Of a stretch of DNA of 64,000 bases, positions 1-10,244 are shown piece after piece (position 1 is the first letter of the stretch; every line of letters begins with the position of its first letter). Source of the DNA: an uncultured Planctomycetales bacterium (GTDB lineage Bacteria > Omnitrophota > Gorgyraeia > Zapsychrales > Fredricksoniimonadaceae); NCBI GenBank assembly GCA_964572155.1, contig CAZNDZ010000001.1, positions 15,300 through 79,299 of the forward strand. The letters are read 5' to 3'. A program made the translations under genes and the position numbers. The notes under the pieces are model-generated. The model was not told where the DNA came from and ran no database searches. It worked only from the letters and a program-made list of their open reading frames with translations.

Positions 1-170
1 TAATATACATGTTCAATGTCTTGACCAATACCGTCGATAAAAGAAACGTGATGCCCTGCATGACGCACGCTACTAGCCAAATAGGCAAGGCCGATGGGTG
101 GTGTAGCGCTTAAGGTCAATGCCCCAGCGGCAAATAAACTTGGTGAGCGGATAATGACAACGTTAGCCAT
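1..170 (-). CDS. B12-binding-domain radical SAM protein, N-terminal fragment (runs off the window edge)
   Basis: Reverse-complement of 1..170 translates from an ATG at 170..168 as MANVVIIRSPSLFAAGALTLSATPPIGLAYLASSVRHAGHHVSFIDGIG. The GLAYLAS...AGH.V..ID pattern is typical of the cobalamin-binding N-terminus of class B radical SAM enzymes. The ATG lies 3 nt after the stop of the upstream gene. Confidence 0.4.
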   Translation of the reverse strand, partial: MANVVIIRSPSLFAAGALTLSATPPIGLAYLASSVRHAGHHVSFIDGIGQDIEHVY

Positions 171-1911
171 TATGTACTTTCACGGTACGAAATTTATCCC
201 ATAAAATTCTTAGTGCAAATAATGTGCCATGCTTAATAACCAACGACTTTGCTTTACCACCGACGCGAGAACGTTCGTGAGATGGGATCTCAGTGATGGG
301 TTTACCTAAGCGTAATGTGTTAACCAATAACTCAATTTCTATCTCAAAATTTTGTGACGTATATTCATAATTCTTAAAAACTTCATGGTGAAAAACCTTA
401 TACCCATTGATCGCATCTGACAAATATCGACCATGCACCAAGCCAAAAAACCACGTTAAAATAATGTTACCAAATGCCCTAATTGGTGTATATTCCTCAC
501 TACCCCCTGTAATGCGCGAACCAACCACCATGCCTTGATGTCGACGAGCCTCTTCAATCAAACCAGATAGTTCCACAATATTGTGCGACAAATCTGCATC
601 CATCATAGCAATGTACTCACCTTGAGCTTGTTCAAAACCCGCTCGCAAGGCATGCCCTTTGCCTGGTTTGCGCAAGTTTTCTACTACCCTGACAAACGGA
701 TAAGACTTAGCCACCTCAACAGTTTTATCCGTTGAATGATCATTAACCACAATAACTTCTGTATTATATTGAAATGATGGCCGAGCCATCGCAATCTCAT
801 TTAACACTTTTGGTAATGACTCTTCTTCATTCCGTGCTGGGATCACAAGTGATATGTCAATGCGTTTGCCAACATATTGCTGACTATCCCTTAATTTCTT
901 AATCGTCTCTTTTTCTTCTTTAATCCACTCTAGTAAATGGTCGATGCCTTCTATCATTGAAACCTTAGGCGACCAATTTAAGATCTTTTTGACTTTACTA
1001 ATATCACAAATAAAGACCTTCTGATCATACAACCGCTCTGCTTCTTTAATCACTTTCTGAGTGATCGATAACTTCTTGTTGAGTAACGAAATCAATTCAT
1101 TAACGGACAATGCTTTATCTGGACCACCGCCGATATTTAACGCTTGCCCTTTGACCTTATCAATATTGATAATGGCTTTCTCGTAAGCATCTAATAGATC
1201 AGAAATGTAAAGAATATCCCTCACCTGAAAACCATCGCCATAAACCGTTACTTGATTTTTTAAGACAGCAGAACCAGCAAACCAAGCCACCCAACCCTGA
1301 TCCTCAAATCCGTACTGATAAGGGCCATAAATGCACGATTGGCGCATGACAACCGTCGGCACGCCATAGGTAGCAAAATAATCTAGAACATACTGATCCG
1401 CGGCGCCTTTTGAACAGCCATATGGGGTCTTAAACGATAACGGCACATTCTCATCATATCCCAAACGATCTGGCAAAGTATATCGACCATCTTTTAATAT
1501 CTCATTGCCGAGTGTTCCATAAACTTTATTGCTTGAAGCATAAATAACAATGGGCACAACCTTGGAAAGACGTGCAATTTCTAAAATATTAAGCGTTCCT
1601 AATACATTAGACGTGAAATCCCGCATCGGATTCGACACAGAGAGGGTCACCGCGACTTGCGCAGCTAAATGTAAGATAACATCTGGAGAAAACTCTTGGA
1701 CAATCGTCCTTAATGATTGCATGTGGCTAACATCAACGAGCACAAAAGGTATATTCCATGCCTTTAAATATGCCTGGGATATCTCCGTTCCCATGCGACT
1801 ACCATCATCGACGACTAGGACATGATTACGCTGACTAAAATGTTTTGCGGCGTTAAGCCCAATAAATCCAAAACCACCTGTAATTAGTATTTTTTTACCT
1901 TCCATACTCAT
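163..1911 (-). CDS. Bifunctional protein: N-terminal NAD-dependent sugar epimerase/dehydratase (SDR) fused to a C-terminal family-2 glycosyltransferase (DPM1/ArnC-like)
   Basis: N-terminus has the Rossmann motif GGFGFIG and a YGCSK (YxxxK) catalytic motif. The C-terminal half has GT2 hallmarks: ISLVIPARNEEE, VIVVNDHSTDKT, MDADLSH (DxD-like). Confidence 0.75.
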   Translation of the reverse strand: MSMEGKKILITGGFGFIGLNAAKHFSQRNHVLVVDDGSRMGTEISQAYLKAWNIPFVLVDVSHMQSLRTIVQEFSPDVILHLAAQVAVTLSVSNPMRDFTSNVLGTLNILEIARLSKVVPIVIYASSNKVYGTLGNEILKDGRYTLPDRLGYDENVPLSFKTPYGCSKGAADQYVLDYFATYGVPTVVMRQSCIYGPYQYGFEDQGWVAWFAGSAVLKNQVTVYGDGFQVRDILYISDLLDAYEKAIINIDKVKGQALNIGGGPDKALSVNELISLLNKKLSITQKVIKEAERLYDQKVFICDISKVKKILNWSPKVSMIEGIDHLLEWIKEEKETIKKLRDSQQYVGKRIDISLVIPARNEEESLPKVLNEIAMARPSFQYNTEVIVVNDHSTDKTVEVAKSYPFVRVVENLRKPGKGHALRAGFEQAQGEYIAMMDADLSHNIVELSGLIEEARRHQGMVVGSRITGGSEEYTPIRAFGNIILTWFFGLVHGRYLSDAINGYKVFHHEVFKNYEYTSQNFEIEIELLVNTLRLGKPITEIPSHERSRVGGKAKSLVIKHGTLFALRILWDKFRTVKVHNG

Positions 1912-1976
1912 TTATGCAATATACTTTTTTCTTTTTATATGGTCAACTGTTTTGTCCAACGTTATAATAAGATACC

Positions 1977-4900
1977 ATGTCAAAAAAGAAGCCTATTTGG
2001 ATTTTCGTTGTTATTGGAGTAATCGTACTTATCACCGGATTGACGATTTTTATCAATCGGGTTATCTTGCCTGTTCAAATTAAAAACATTGCCATCACAC
2101 AAGCCAAAAACTTTCTTAAACGTAACGTTGAAATAGGAAATCTGCGCTTTAGCTGGGTTAAAGGCCTGATGGTAGACGATGTGCGTATCTACCAAAAAGA
2201 TTCAACCGAACTCTTTTTCCAATCCCGACGCATTTCTGTTGGGATCATCTTTATCCCTGGTTTCAAACAACACCAGCTGACAATCCCCTTTGTCGATGTG
2301 CTTGAACCAGAAGTTCATTTATCACGTCAAAAAACCCAAGAATGGAACTTTAGCGACCTGCTTACTCCCCCCGTCGGTGATAACAAAACATCAAACATCA
2401 AATTTTCATTACTAGGGGTCAATATCATCGATGGGCATATCATCATTGATGATAAAAGCAGCACAGCTCCTTTTCACCAAGACTTAGAAGCGGTTAATGT
2501 GAAAGTTGGCCTTGGACTAAACGGCATTGCGATTGATGCGCGTGCTAATTTAAGCAAAACTAACGGGCTATTTAACATTCAAGGCACTTACCAACCCCTC
2601 GCCAAATCGCTTGATGCCCATGTGTATTTGAAAAATATACGACCTGCTCAATATTTATCGCTAGTCCCTGCCATACCAAACATTACACTCACTGATGCAC
2701 TGCTCAAAGAAATCAATGTTGATACGCATTACGACGCAAATCTCTTTTCCGTCAAAGGCGATATCAATGCGGCCGAGATCAATGTTCAATATGGCACCAT
2801 CAATATTGCTGGCAATTTAGAGGCCAACATCAACCAGTGCGATATTAAGAAAGGCTCCATTAATATTGATGCCAGTGTCAATGCCACCAAAGCATCCTTA
2901 AGCCTATCCCCGTCACAAGTCTTCAAAGGAAATGTGACATTAGAAAAAGTCAAAATTCGCCAAGATAAAGATGGCACACAACTGGTTGGCACCATCAGTG
3001 GACAAAATCTCGATGCCTTATTTAATGGTCAAACGCTTCGCGGCGATTTTCTAGCACGCCCCATCACCGTTGAAATGAAAAATGAAAATGACATCGACGT
3101 CAAAGGTGATTTCAAATCCAGCCACATTGAATTCGCATTGAATGATCAACAATCATTTAGCGGTAAAGTTGGGATCAGCGACGCCCACCTGCATTTAACG
3201 GATAAGAAAGACATCACCTTTGATGGCAAGATTGCATTAGATGACTTAGACCTTAAGCCGATGACAAACATGCACGCGGCAGGCAGCATAGATTTAAAAA
3301 ATGTTGCGCTGACACTCAAGAGTGACATCCTCAATGTCAAAACCAAGGGCGAATTAAATAATTGGCAGATCAATTTAGATAAAGATAAATCTATCGTCGC
3401 TGAGGCAGCATTTAGTGTGGATGCAACATGCCCCATCAAAGAGCCAAAGAATCTGACATATGCAGGAACATTCGAAATCCAACATGCCGATGTCTCTGGA
3501 TATCCATTTGGACCGTTTAACGCGATCGCTGCGAAAGGTGATTTTAAAACTGATCAAATATCCATTAAATTATTCTCCGTTGTGGCCATGGATAGCGCTT
3601 TTAAAGGTGCAGCCACCATCCTTAACCTCAAAGATCCTGTATTAAGTGTTGAGATAGCCAACGAAAGCATTGATTTGAGCAAACTTAAAGATGTAATTCC
3701 CGATATCTATAATCAATATGGCTTAGACACAAAAGGCAGTGCTTCATTCAATGCCTCTTTTGAAGGTCTTGTTTCAGCACCTTTAAGTGGCAAGATCAAC
3801 ATCAAAGCACAACTACAAGGCGTTGATGTGGCTAGTTCTAAATTTAATCAACGCGCCAGTAATATTACAGGCACCGTCGAAGGAACACCAGATTCCTTGA
3901 CATGGAATAACTTTAGCGGCACCTACCTCGATAAAAAATACACCTTAACAGGTTCATTAAACAATTTTAAATCGCCAAAGATCAAAACCACCCTTAATGG
4001 CGACGATATAAAAATTGATACGGACATTGAAAAGAAAAATAATGATTGGAGCATCAACAAACTCGTGGGTAAATATTTTGATATTGTCTTTGATGCCTCC
4101 GGTAAAATTAGTATGCCTGAGAATAAGCCACCGGTTTTAGATATTCAAACATCCATCAATACAAACATCGAAAAGATTCTGCCCCTGTTCCCTGCTGATC
4201 AACGCAAGGTCATAGAACCGCTCGGAATCACGGGAGACGTGGCCTTACAAGGTCATGTTGGCGGCAGTATCAGCGACTGGAAAAATCTTGCTTCAAACGC
4301 AACAATCAAAAGCAATCATTTAACCATCATGGGGTATCACATTGATGACTTAAGCGTCGTTGTTAACCAACAAGACGGAAAATTATCTAACTCGACGATC
4401 GATGCCATCGCTTACACCGGCAAAATTCATAGTGTGGTTAACTTAGATCTCAATGATGCCGCCATGCCTTTTGACATCGCACTCAATGTTGACGGCTTAG
4501 ACATGCAAGGCATCAAAAAAGACATCCCATCCCTAAATGGCAAAGAAATCAAAGGTAAGTTTTATTTAACCACCGTCGGAAAAGGAAAGGCAACCGATAT
4601 TACCAACATATCTGCAAAAGGTTCTTTAGCCATTCGAGAAGGTTTCTTAACGGAGTTTAAAATCTTTGAAGGATTGCTTGGCATCTTAAATGAAGCCATG
4701 CGTCTTGGCCAATTGACCATCACCGATGTGGATGGGAACTTTACGATTGAAAATAAAAAGATCACCACGCAAAACTTACGGTTGATTAGTCCAACGATTG
4801 TTTTGTTAACGGAAGGTTGGATTGACTTGGATCAAATGTGCGACTTAAACGTCAGTGTTGATATGACCTCAGGTGTGATTCCGCCGGTGGCTGAACAAGT

Positions 4901-5018
4901 CTTGCGGACACTTAGCATTCACATCTACGACAAAATAACTGCTCCAAAATTCACCAAAAAAATCTCAGTGCCTCAGGTGCTTAACAGCATCATTAAGACG
5001 ATCGGTATTTTTCAATAA
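1977..5018 (+). CDS. AsmA-family outer-membrane biogenesis protein (AsmA/TamB-like), N-terminal membrane anchor
   Basis: 1013 aa. N-terminus KKPIWIFVVIGVIVLITGLTIF..NIAITQAKNFLKRNVEIGNLRFSW matches the AsmA N-terminal signature. The rest is long beta-rich repeats typical of AsmA-like proteins. Confidence 0.65.
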   Translation: MSKKKPIWIFVVIGVIVLITGLTIFINRVILPVQIKNIAITQAKNFLKRNVEIGNLRFSWVKGLMVDDVRIYQKDSTELFFQSRRISVGIIFIPGFKQHQLTIPFVDVLEPEVHLSRQKTQEWNFSDLLTPPVGDNKTSNIKFSLLGVNIIDGHIIIDDKSSTAPFHQDLEAVNVKVGLGLNGIAIDARANLSKTNGLFNIQGTYQPLAKSLDAHVYLKNIRPAQYLSLVPAIPNITLTDALLKEINVDTHYDANLFSVKGDINAAEINVQYGTINIAGNLEANINQCDIKKGSINIDASVNATKASLSLSPSQVFKGNVTLEKVKIRQDKDGTQLVGTISGQNLDALFNGQTLRGDFLARPITVEMKNENDIDVKGDFKSSHIEFALNDQQSFSGKVGISDAHLHLTDKKDITFDGKIALDDLDLKPMTNMHAAGSIDLKNVALTLKSDILNVKTKGELNNWQINLDKDKSIVAEAAFSVDATCPIKEPKNLTYAGTFEIQHADVSGYPFGPFNAIAAKGDFKTDQISIKLFSVVAMDSAFKGAATILNLKDPVLSVEIANESIDLSKLKDVIPDIYNQYGLDTKGSASFNASFEGLVSAPLSGKINIKAQLQGVDVASSKFNQRASNITGTVEGTPDSLTWNNFSGTYLDKKYTLTGSLNNFKSPKIKTTLNGDDIKIDTDIEKKNNDWSINKLVGKYFDIVFDASGKISMPENKPPVLDIQTSINTNIEKILPLFPADQRKVIEPLGITGDVALQGHVGGSISDWKNLASNATIKSNHLTIMGYHIDDLSVVVNQQDGKLSNSTIDAIAYTGKIHSVVNLDLNDAAMPFDIALNVDGLDMQGIKKDIPSLNGKEIKGKFYLTTVGKGKATDITNISAKGSLAIREGFLTEFKIFEGLLGILNEAMRLGQLTITDVDGNFTIENKKITTQNLRLISPTIVLLTEGWIDLDQMCDLNVSVDMTSGVIPPVAEQVLRTLSIHIYDKITAPKFTKKISVPQVLNSIIKTIGIFQ

Positions 5019-5595
5019 CGCTCAAAAATTTTTTAAGCGCTCGCGCGCGGTGGGAAATGCTTGCCTTCAATGACGCGGGTAATTCTCCAAACGTCTTATT
5101 GTAGCGCTTAAGGATAAACAACGGGTCAAAACCAAAACCATTGCTCCCCTGCTCTTTTTCTGCGATCAAACCACTGCACGTGCCTTGCACCACCGCAATT
5201 TCTTTGCCTTTACCGTCGACAAAAGCAATCACACAACGATATCGCGCTTGTCGCTTTGATAAAGGAACGCCCTTTAACATCGCAAGCAACTTCTTATTTT
5301 TAGCATCCTCACTAGCGCCTTCACCGGCAAAACGTGCGGAATAAATACCAGGGGCATTGCCAAGCGCTTTGACTTCAAGTCCGGAATCATCGGAGATTGT
5401 AAGCTTGCCTGTGCACTTGGCTATCTCAATGGCTTTCTTTAAGGCATTAGCCCGATAGGTTTTACCATCTTCGACCACGTCGGGTAAATTGGGATATTCG
5501 AGCAATGATGTTACTTTGTAAGGCAGACCTGCGAGCAATTCTTTAATTTCCCCAACCTTACCCTTATTGCGTGATGCGACAATTAATTCTTTCAT
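4993..5595 (-). CDS. rdgB: Non-canonical purine NTP pyrophosphatase (dITP/XTP pyrophosphatase, Ham1/RdgB family)
   Basis: ELIVASRNKGKVGEIKELL..., SGLEV..LGNAPGIYSARFAG and FGFDPLF motifs of the Ham1 family. 200 aa. Confidence 0.85.
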   Translation of the reverse strand: MKELIVASRNKGKVGEIKELLAGLPYKVTSLLEYPNLPDVVEDGKTYRANALKKAIEIAKCTGKLTISDDSGLEVKALGNAPGIYSARFAGEGASEDAKNKKLLAMLKGVPLSKRQARYRCVIAFVDGKGKEIAVVQGTCSGLIAEKEQGSNGFGFDPLFILKRYNKTFGELPASLKASISHRARALKKFLSVIEKYRSS

Positions 5596-6311
5596 TAAAA
5601 TTTCAACCCCGGCAGATTTTTCTTCTGCATGGCAATCAATTCTTTAATGCCCTTCTTAGCCAATGCCGTCAACGCTGCCATTTGTTTATCAGAAAATGTG
5701 CCGCCCTCGCCGGTGCCTTGCACTTCAACAAATTCACCCTTACCCACCATCACAATATTCATATCCACTTCCGCTTTAGAATCTTCGATGTAATTTAAAT
5801 CCAAAACTGGAGTTCCTTTTGAAATGCCAACACTAATGGCCGCAATATAATCACGAAGTGGGATCGCATTGATCATTTCTTTCTTCTTCATCCACAATAA
5901 CGCATCTGCAAGTGCTATAAATCCACCTGTAATCGACGCGGTGCGTGTTCCTCCATCACCTTGCAACACATCACAATCAATGCGCAGTGTGCGTTCGCCC
6001 AACTGTTTCATATCCACAACACTGCGCAAGCTGCGCCCAACAAGGCGTTGGATTTCTTCGGTGCGGCCAGAAGTCTTTTCACGACGTATACGTGACGTAC
6101 AAGAACGTGGCAACATGCCATATTCTGCAGTAACCCAACCTTCGCCCTTGCCTTTGAGAAATGGTGGGACACCATCTTCAACCGATGCAGAACAAATGAC
6201 CTTGGTTTCACCAAATTCAATCAAACATGAACCTTCCGCATGCTTTAAATAATTTTTAGTAACTCGAATGGGTCGCATTTGATTGGCGCGACGTCCGTCT
6301 GGTCTTGGCAT
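5595..6311 (-). CDS. rph: Ribonuclease PH
   Basis: [43 protein letters not shown] and [27 protein letters not shown] are classic RNase PH motifs. 238 aa. Confidence 0.9.
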   Translation of the reverse strand: MPRPDGRRANQMRPIRVTKNYLKHAEGSCLIEFGETKVICSASVEDGVPPFLKGKGEGWVTAEYGMLPRSCTSRIRREKTSGRTEEIQRLVGRSLRSVVDMKQLGERTLRIDCDVLQGDGGTRTASITGGFIALADALLWMKKKEMINAIPLRDYIAAISVGISKGTPVLDLNYIEDSKAEVDMNIVMVGKGEFVEVQGTGEGGTFSDKQMAALTALAKKGIKELIAMQKKNLPGLKF

Positions 6312-6715
6312 TATTTTTTCCTTGTGTTGGGGTATTCTGCGGTGACAATCGTACCTATCCCGCCTCGAGGATTCATCACAACTGTCACTTTCATATAACG
6401 GGGTTTGCAGGCTTTAACAAAATCATCCATCAAACGATTCACCAAATGCTCATGAAAGATACCTAATTGCCGATACTCTAAGAGATACATTTTCAATGAC
6501 TTAAGTTCCAAACAAACTTTTGATGGCTTATAAGAAACCTTGATCACCGCAAAATCTGGTAAACCTGTCTTAGGACAGATGCAGGTGAATTCCGGAATAT
6601 CTAAATCAATGACATACTCACGGTCATCGTATTGATTGGTCCAGACTTCGATAGCAGGCATTTTGAGATTGCGAATATTGCTTTGACGACCTTCGTATGA
6701 GCTTGGATTTTTCAT
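6311..6715 (-). CDS. queF: NADPH-dependent 7-cyano-7-deazaguanine (preQ0) reductase
   Basis: [14 protein letters not shown] active-site Cys motif and HEHL motif of type-I QueF. 134 aa. Start ATG coincides with the rph stop. Confidence 0.85.
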   Translation of the reverse strand: MKNPSSYEGRQSNIRNLKMPAIEVWTNQYDDREYVIDLDIPEFTCICPKTGLPDFAVIKVSYKPSKVCLELKSLKMYLLEYRQLGIFHEHLVNRLMDDFVKACKPRYMKVTVVMNPRGGIGTIVTAEYPNTRKK

Positions 6716-6718
6716 AAC

Positions 6719-7468
6719 TTACCTTAATTTCATGAATTTGTGTGTTTGAGGGATTATTCTAACATCGGTTAAATGTTTAGAACAATATTTCTGAAGCTCG
6801 ACAGATTGCGCAATGCACCCGTCGGCTTTCTTCATATCAAAATAATTGGGCTGCAAGATAAACGGCAAATGCGGGTCAATGCGTTTAACCAGATCAACGG
6901 CTTTATAGACCTCCGCTTCTAACGTATCTGCTGAAATCACCACCTTAATAAAGGTTGGTTTTGTAACGGCTATTTTTAAGAAAGCTTCATGTTCCTCCCA
7001 GAATGCTTGTTGTTGCGTCGAGGATGGCAACTTGATGTCCATGGCCACAATATCAACGTGTTTGATCAAACGTTGTAATTGATCGGGTAAGGTGCCGTTG
7101 GTTTCTAAATAAATCTTCATGCCCGCTTGATGCAACTGTGGCAAGAATGCTTCTAAGAAATCAACTTGTATCAACGGTTCTCCGCCGGTGATGCTAACGG
7201 AATGACACCCTTCATAAAGCGCCTTAACTTGACGTAACAGATCTTCTAATCCAACGTCTTTATAATTGCGGCTCGTATCACCAATAGATGCGGGCGTATC
7301 GCACCAGACACAATGCATGTTGCATTCAAAGAAACGCACAAAAACTTGGGGGCGCCCCATGTAAGGGCCTTCGCCTTGGATGGAACGAAACACTTCCAGT
7401 ATTTTAGCGTCAGGCGATGCCAGCATCGAGGAATCCTTGTTCACGCAAGCGGCAGCTATCACAAACAC
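6719..7468 (-). CDS. queE: 7-carboxy-7-deazaguanine synthase (radical SAM)
   Basis: EVFRSIQGEGPYMGRPQVFVRFFECNMHCVWCDTP gives the CxxxCxxC-type cluster motif of QueE. The real start may be the internal Met near 7426, which would reduce the overlap with queC. Confidence 0.85.
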   Translation of the reverse strand: MFVIAAACVNKDSSMLASPDAKILEVFRSIQGEGPYMGRPQVFVRFFECNMHCVWCDTPASIGDTSRNYKDVGLEDLLRQVKALYEGCHSVSITGGEPLIQVDFLEAFLPQLHQAGMKIYLETNGTLPDQLQRLIKHVDIVAMDIKLPSSTQQQAFWEEHEAFLKIAVTKPTFIKVVISADTLEAEVYKAVDLVKRIDPHLPFILQPNYFDMKKADGCIAQSVELQKYCSKHLTDVRIIPQTHKFMKLR

Positions 7469-8096
7469 CGCAGGGTTTTTGTTTTCCTTGATAGCACGAC
7501 CATGTCATGTGCAAAGGAACGTTGAGTTTTGCAGCTAATTGAATGATGCGAGCTTTGCTCAAATGAATGAGCGGTGTTTGCACCTTGATCGTCTTGCCTT
7601 GCACACCCGTCTTTAAACCTTGGGCTAACATGCTTTGAAAACTATCAATAAACGCTGGACGACAATCTGGGTACCCCGAATAATCAACCGCGTTAGCCCC
7701 AATAAAAATATGTTTAGCACCAATGGCTTCAGCAAATGATGCAGCGAAACTTAAGAAAATGATATTTCTCGCCGGAACATAGGTCACGGGAATATCCTTG
7801 CCTTCAAGTTTGCGATACTTAGGGACCACAATATTATTATCAAGCAACGCCGACCCCTTCCACGGCAACCCGATCGTCACCACATGAAACGGGCTTTTGG
7901 ACAATGTGGCAATTTTTTTAGCTGCGAGAATTTCTTTGCGATGGCGTTGGCCATAATCGAAAATCAGGCAATGCGTTTCATAGCCTTTGGATTTGGCATA
8001 ATACAATACGGTTGTGGAATCAAGCCCGCCGGAAAGCAGGACAACAGCTTTAGTCATAATAAATGATGCTGGCTGTATCCGATTCAAAGACTTCAA
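7410..8096 (-). CDS. queC: 7-cyano-7-deazaguanine synthase
   Basis: KAVVLLSGGLDSTTVL PP-loop and a C-terminal CGVCDSC zinc motif. 228 aa. Confidence 0.9.
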   Translation of the reverse strand: MKSLNRIQPASFIMTKAVVLLSGGLDSTTVLYYAKSKGYETHCLIFDYGQRHRKEILAAKKIATLSKSPFHVVTIGLPWKGSALLDNNIVVPKYRKLEGKDIPVTYVPARNIIFLSFAASFAEAIGAKHIFIGANAVDYSGYPDCRPAFIDSFQSMLAQGLKTGVQGKTIKVQTPLIHLSKARIIQLAAKLNVPLHMTWSCYQGKQKPCGVCDSCRLREQGFLDAGIA

Positions 8097-8412
8097 CAGA
8101 CTTTAATTGAAGCGGCGCCACCTGTGATTTTAACTGGGCGTGAATATACTTTGCTAGATTTTCCGTCGAAGGATTAACATTTTTAAATGCAGGGTGTTCA
8201 TTTAAATTTACATGGTCCAAGGGCTTTAAGACATCTTTGAGCTTCATCTTTAAAATCTTAAAATCCATCAACAAACCAATATTGTTTAATTGATCGCCTA
8301 TTAAGACAACTTCAACTTTCCATGTATGGCCATGCAATTGCGCGCACGGGCCATCATAACCGTTGAGCATATGTGCTGATGCGATATGATCTTTGACTTT
8401 TAACTCAAACAT
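8050..8412 (-). CDS. queD: 6-carboxy-5,6,7,8-tetrahydropterin synthase
   Basis: CAQLHGHTWKVEV and the PTPS-family fold. 120 aa. Sits in the queDCEF cluster. Confidence 0.85.
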   Translation of the reverse strand: MFELKVKDHIASAHMLNGYDGPCAQLHGHTWKVEVVLIGDQLNNIGLLMDFKILKMKLKDVLKPLDHVNLNEHPAFKNVNPSTENLAKYIHAQLKSQVAPLQLKSVEVFESDTASIIYYD

Positions 8413-9250
8413 TGACTTTTAAAACCTCTTTAACCCCGCCGCCTAAAAAACGCTGGGCCATGCGTTTAAAATTTTCTGGTTCGTCGCTGACTAAAAATGT
8501 ATGTTCTGCAGGGGACAACTGCATGCGCAACAACTTCTTCTCCAACAATATCTGCCTCACCTGCGCCGCCACTTCCTCGGCGGAATCGATGAGATTAACC
8601 TTCGGCCCCATGCAAGAGTGTAACACATTTTTAAGCAATGGGTAGTGCGTGCACCCTAGGATCAGGCTATCCACCTTGGCCTTCTTAATCGCCGCCAAGT
8701 ACTCTTCTGCCACCTTATAGGTAACAGCATGATTAAACCAACCCTCTTCGACCAAGGGCACAAACAAAGGGCAAGCCTGTGATGTCACGGCGATGCGTCG
8801 ATCTAAAGCCTTAATCTCTGCAGCATAAGCCCCACTTTTGATCGTCGAAGAAGTGGCTATAATACCAACTTTCTTGGTTTTTGTCGATAGCGCGGCTTTG
8901 CGCGCCCCTGGGCCAATTACCCCAATGATGGGGACCTTACATTCTTTTGATAAGACATTGAGTGCCAATGCAGATGCGGTATTACACGCCACAATGATCA
9001 CCTTCACCTTATGCTGTTGTAAAACCTTCACAATCTGACGGGAATAGCGGATGATTGTTTCCGCAGACTTTGTCCCATAAGGCACACGGGCGGTATCACC
9101 AAAATAAACAATGCGTTCATTAGGCAAAAATTGAATGACCTGTTTGACAACGGTTAAGCCGCCTAAACCTGAATCAAAAACTCCGATGGGGAAATTAGAT
9201 TTATGAGTCTGTGGCATATTTAATGATGCTGTGCGCGATGGCCTCAGCAA
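8405..9250 (-). CDS. murI: Glutamate racemase
   Basis: IGVFDSGLGGLTV and VIIVACNTAS and GCTHYPLL are the catalytic-Cys motifs of MurI. 281 aa. Confidence 0.85.
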   Translation of the reverse strand: MLRPSRTASLNMPQTHKSNFPIGVFDSGLGGLTVVKQVIQFLPNERIVYFGDTARVPYGTKSAETIIRYSRQIVKVLQQHKVKVIIVACNTASALALNVLSKECKVPIIGVIGPGARKAALSTKTKKVGIIATSSTIKSGAYAAEIKALDRRIAVTSQACPLFVPLVEEGWFNHAVTYKVAEEYLAAIKKAKVDSLILGCTHYPLLKNVLHSCMGPKVNLIDSAEEVAAQVRQILLEKKLLRMQLSPAEHTFLVSDEPENFKRMAQRFLGGGVKEVLKVNV

Positions 9251-10244
9251 TTTTTTGGCGGTATGCGAGTGAACTTAATTTCTTTTCTTCATGACGATTG
9301 GACAAATAACCGACTTCAACCAACACGGCGGGGATTAACGTATTACGCACTACAAAAAATCTACAATGTCGAGCCCCACGGTTAACGACTCCCGTTTCAC
9401 TGGCACTTTCTTTCACGATTCTTTTAGCCAACGTCTCTGATTGAGAAACTTTTTGTGCATACATCATATCGGCCACAATATCTTCTAAAATACCAGAGTA
9501 AGTACTATTTAATTTCTTAACAAATATTTTCTCATTCTTAGCACGTTGCTCCTCATCTAAATCCCGCTTTGATGTTGTCTTTGCATAATAAACCTCAATC
9601 CCCTCTGTTTTTCTAGCAGGATTAGAATTGGCATGAACACTTACGAATAAATCTGCGTCTGATTTTGTTGCAATTTCAGTTCGTTGAGGCAACGAAATAA
9701 ATTCATCACGATCACGTGTTAATATTACTTTTAAACCAGCTTCTTCTAGATAATCTTTCATATGACGGGCAATATCTAAAACAACTGTTTTTTCCTTAAT
9801 ACCCGTCGCTCCTTGCGTGCCTGGATCTTTACCCCCATGCCCCGCATCAATAACAACTGTCCTAATCCTAGTTCTACTCCAATCCACTTGTGCCCCGCCC
9901 TGTGGCGCAATCACGCCTAGCGGTACTAAAACCTTACTTTCAAAATCATCTGGAACAAAAATATTACTATTCACGCGACGCAATGGCGCACTAAGGGTAA
10001 CTCGGTCACGATTAACCATGACAACACGGCTGCCGACCAAGGCTTTGGCTTTATTGCCTTGAAATTCTAATAACACCACTTGCGTAACCCCATCCCATTG
10101 CCAGCTAACATGGTATTGATTACAAATCTCATTTAAATCAATGCCCATGGGTGGCGGTGGTGGTGGCGTCGGAGTTCCCGCGCAACCATGCAAGAACAAC
10201 ACCAACATGGTTACCAAGCATAATTTTAAAACATGCCTAAACAT
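9201..10244 (-). CDS. N-acetylmuramoyl-L-alanine amidase (Amidase_3 family, AmiC-like lipoprotein)
   Basis: Lipoprotein signal (LFLHGCAG), Pro-rich linker, then VVIDAGHGGKDPG...DLFVSVHAN...GYLSN, the characteristic Amidase_3 zinc-binding motifs. Confidence 0.8.
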   Translation of the reverse strand: MFRHVLKLCLVTMLVLFLHGCAGTPTPPPPPPMGIDLNEICNQYHVSWQWDGVTQVVLLEFQGNKAKALVGSRVVMVNRDRVTLSAPLRRVNSNIFVPDDFESKVLVPLGVIAPQGGAQVDWSRTRIRTVVIDAGHGGKDPGTQGATGIKEKTVVLDIARHMKDYLEEAGLKVILTRDRDEFISLPQRTEIATKSDADLFVSVHANSNPARKTEGIEVYYAKTTSKRDLDEEQRAKNEKIFVKKLNSTYSGILEDIVADMMYAQKVSQSETLAKRIVKESASETGVVNRGARHCRFFVVRNTLIPAVLVEVGYLSNRHEEKKLSSLAYRQKIAEAIAHSIIKYATDS

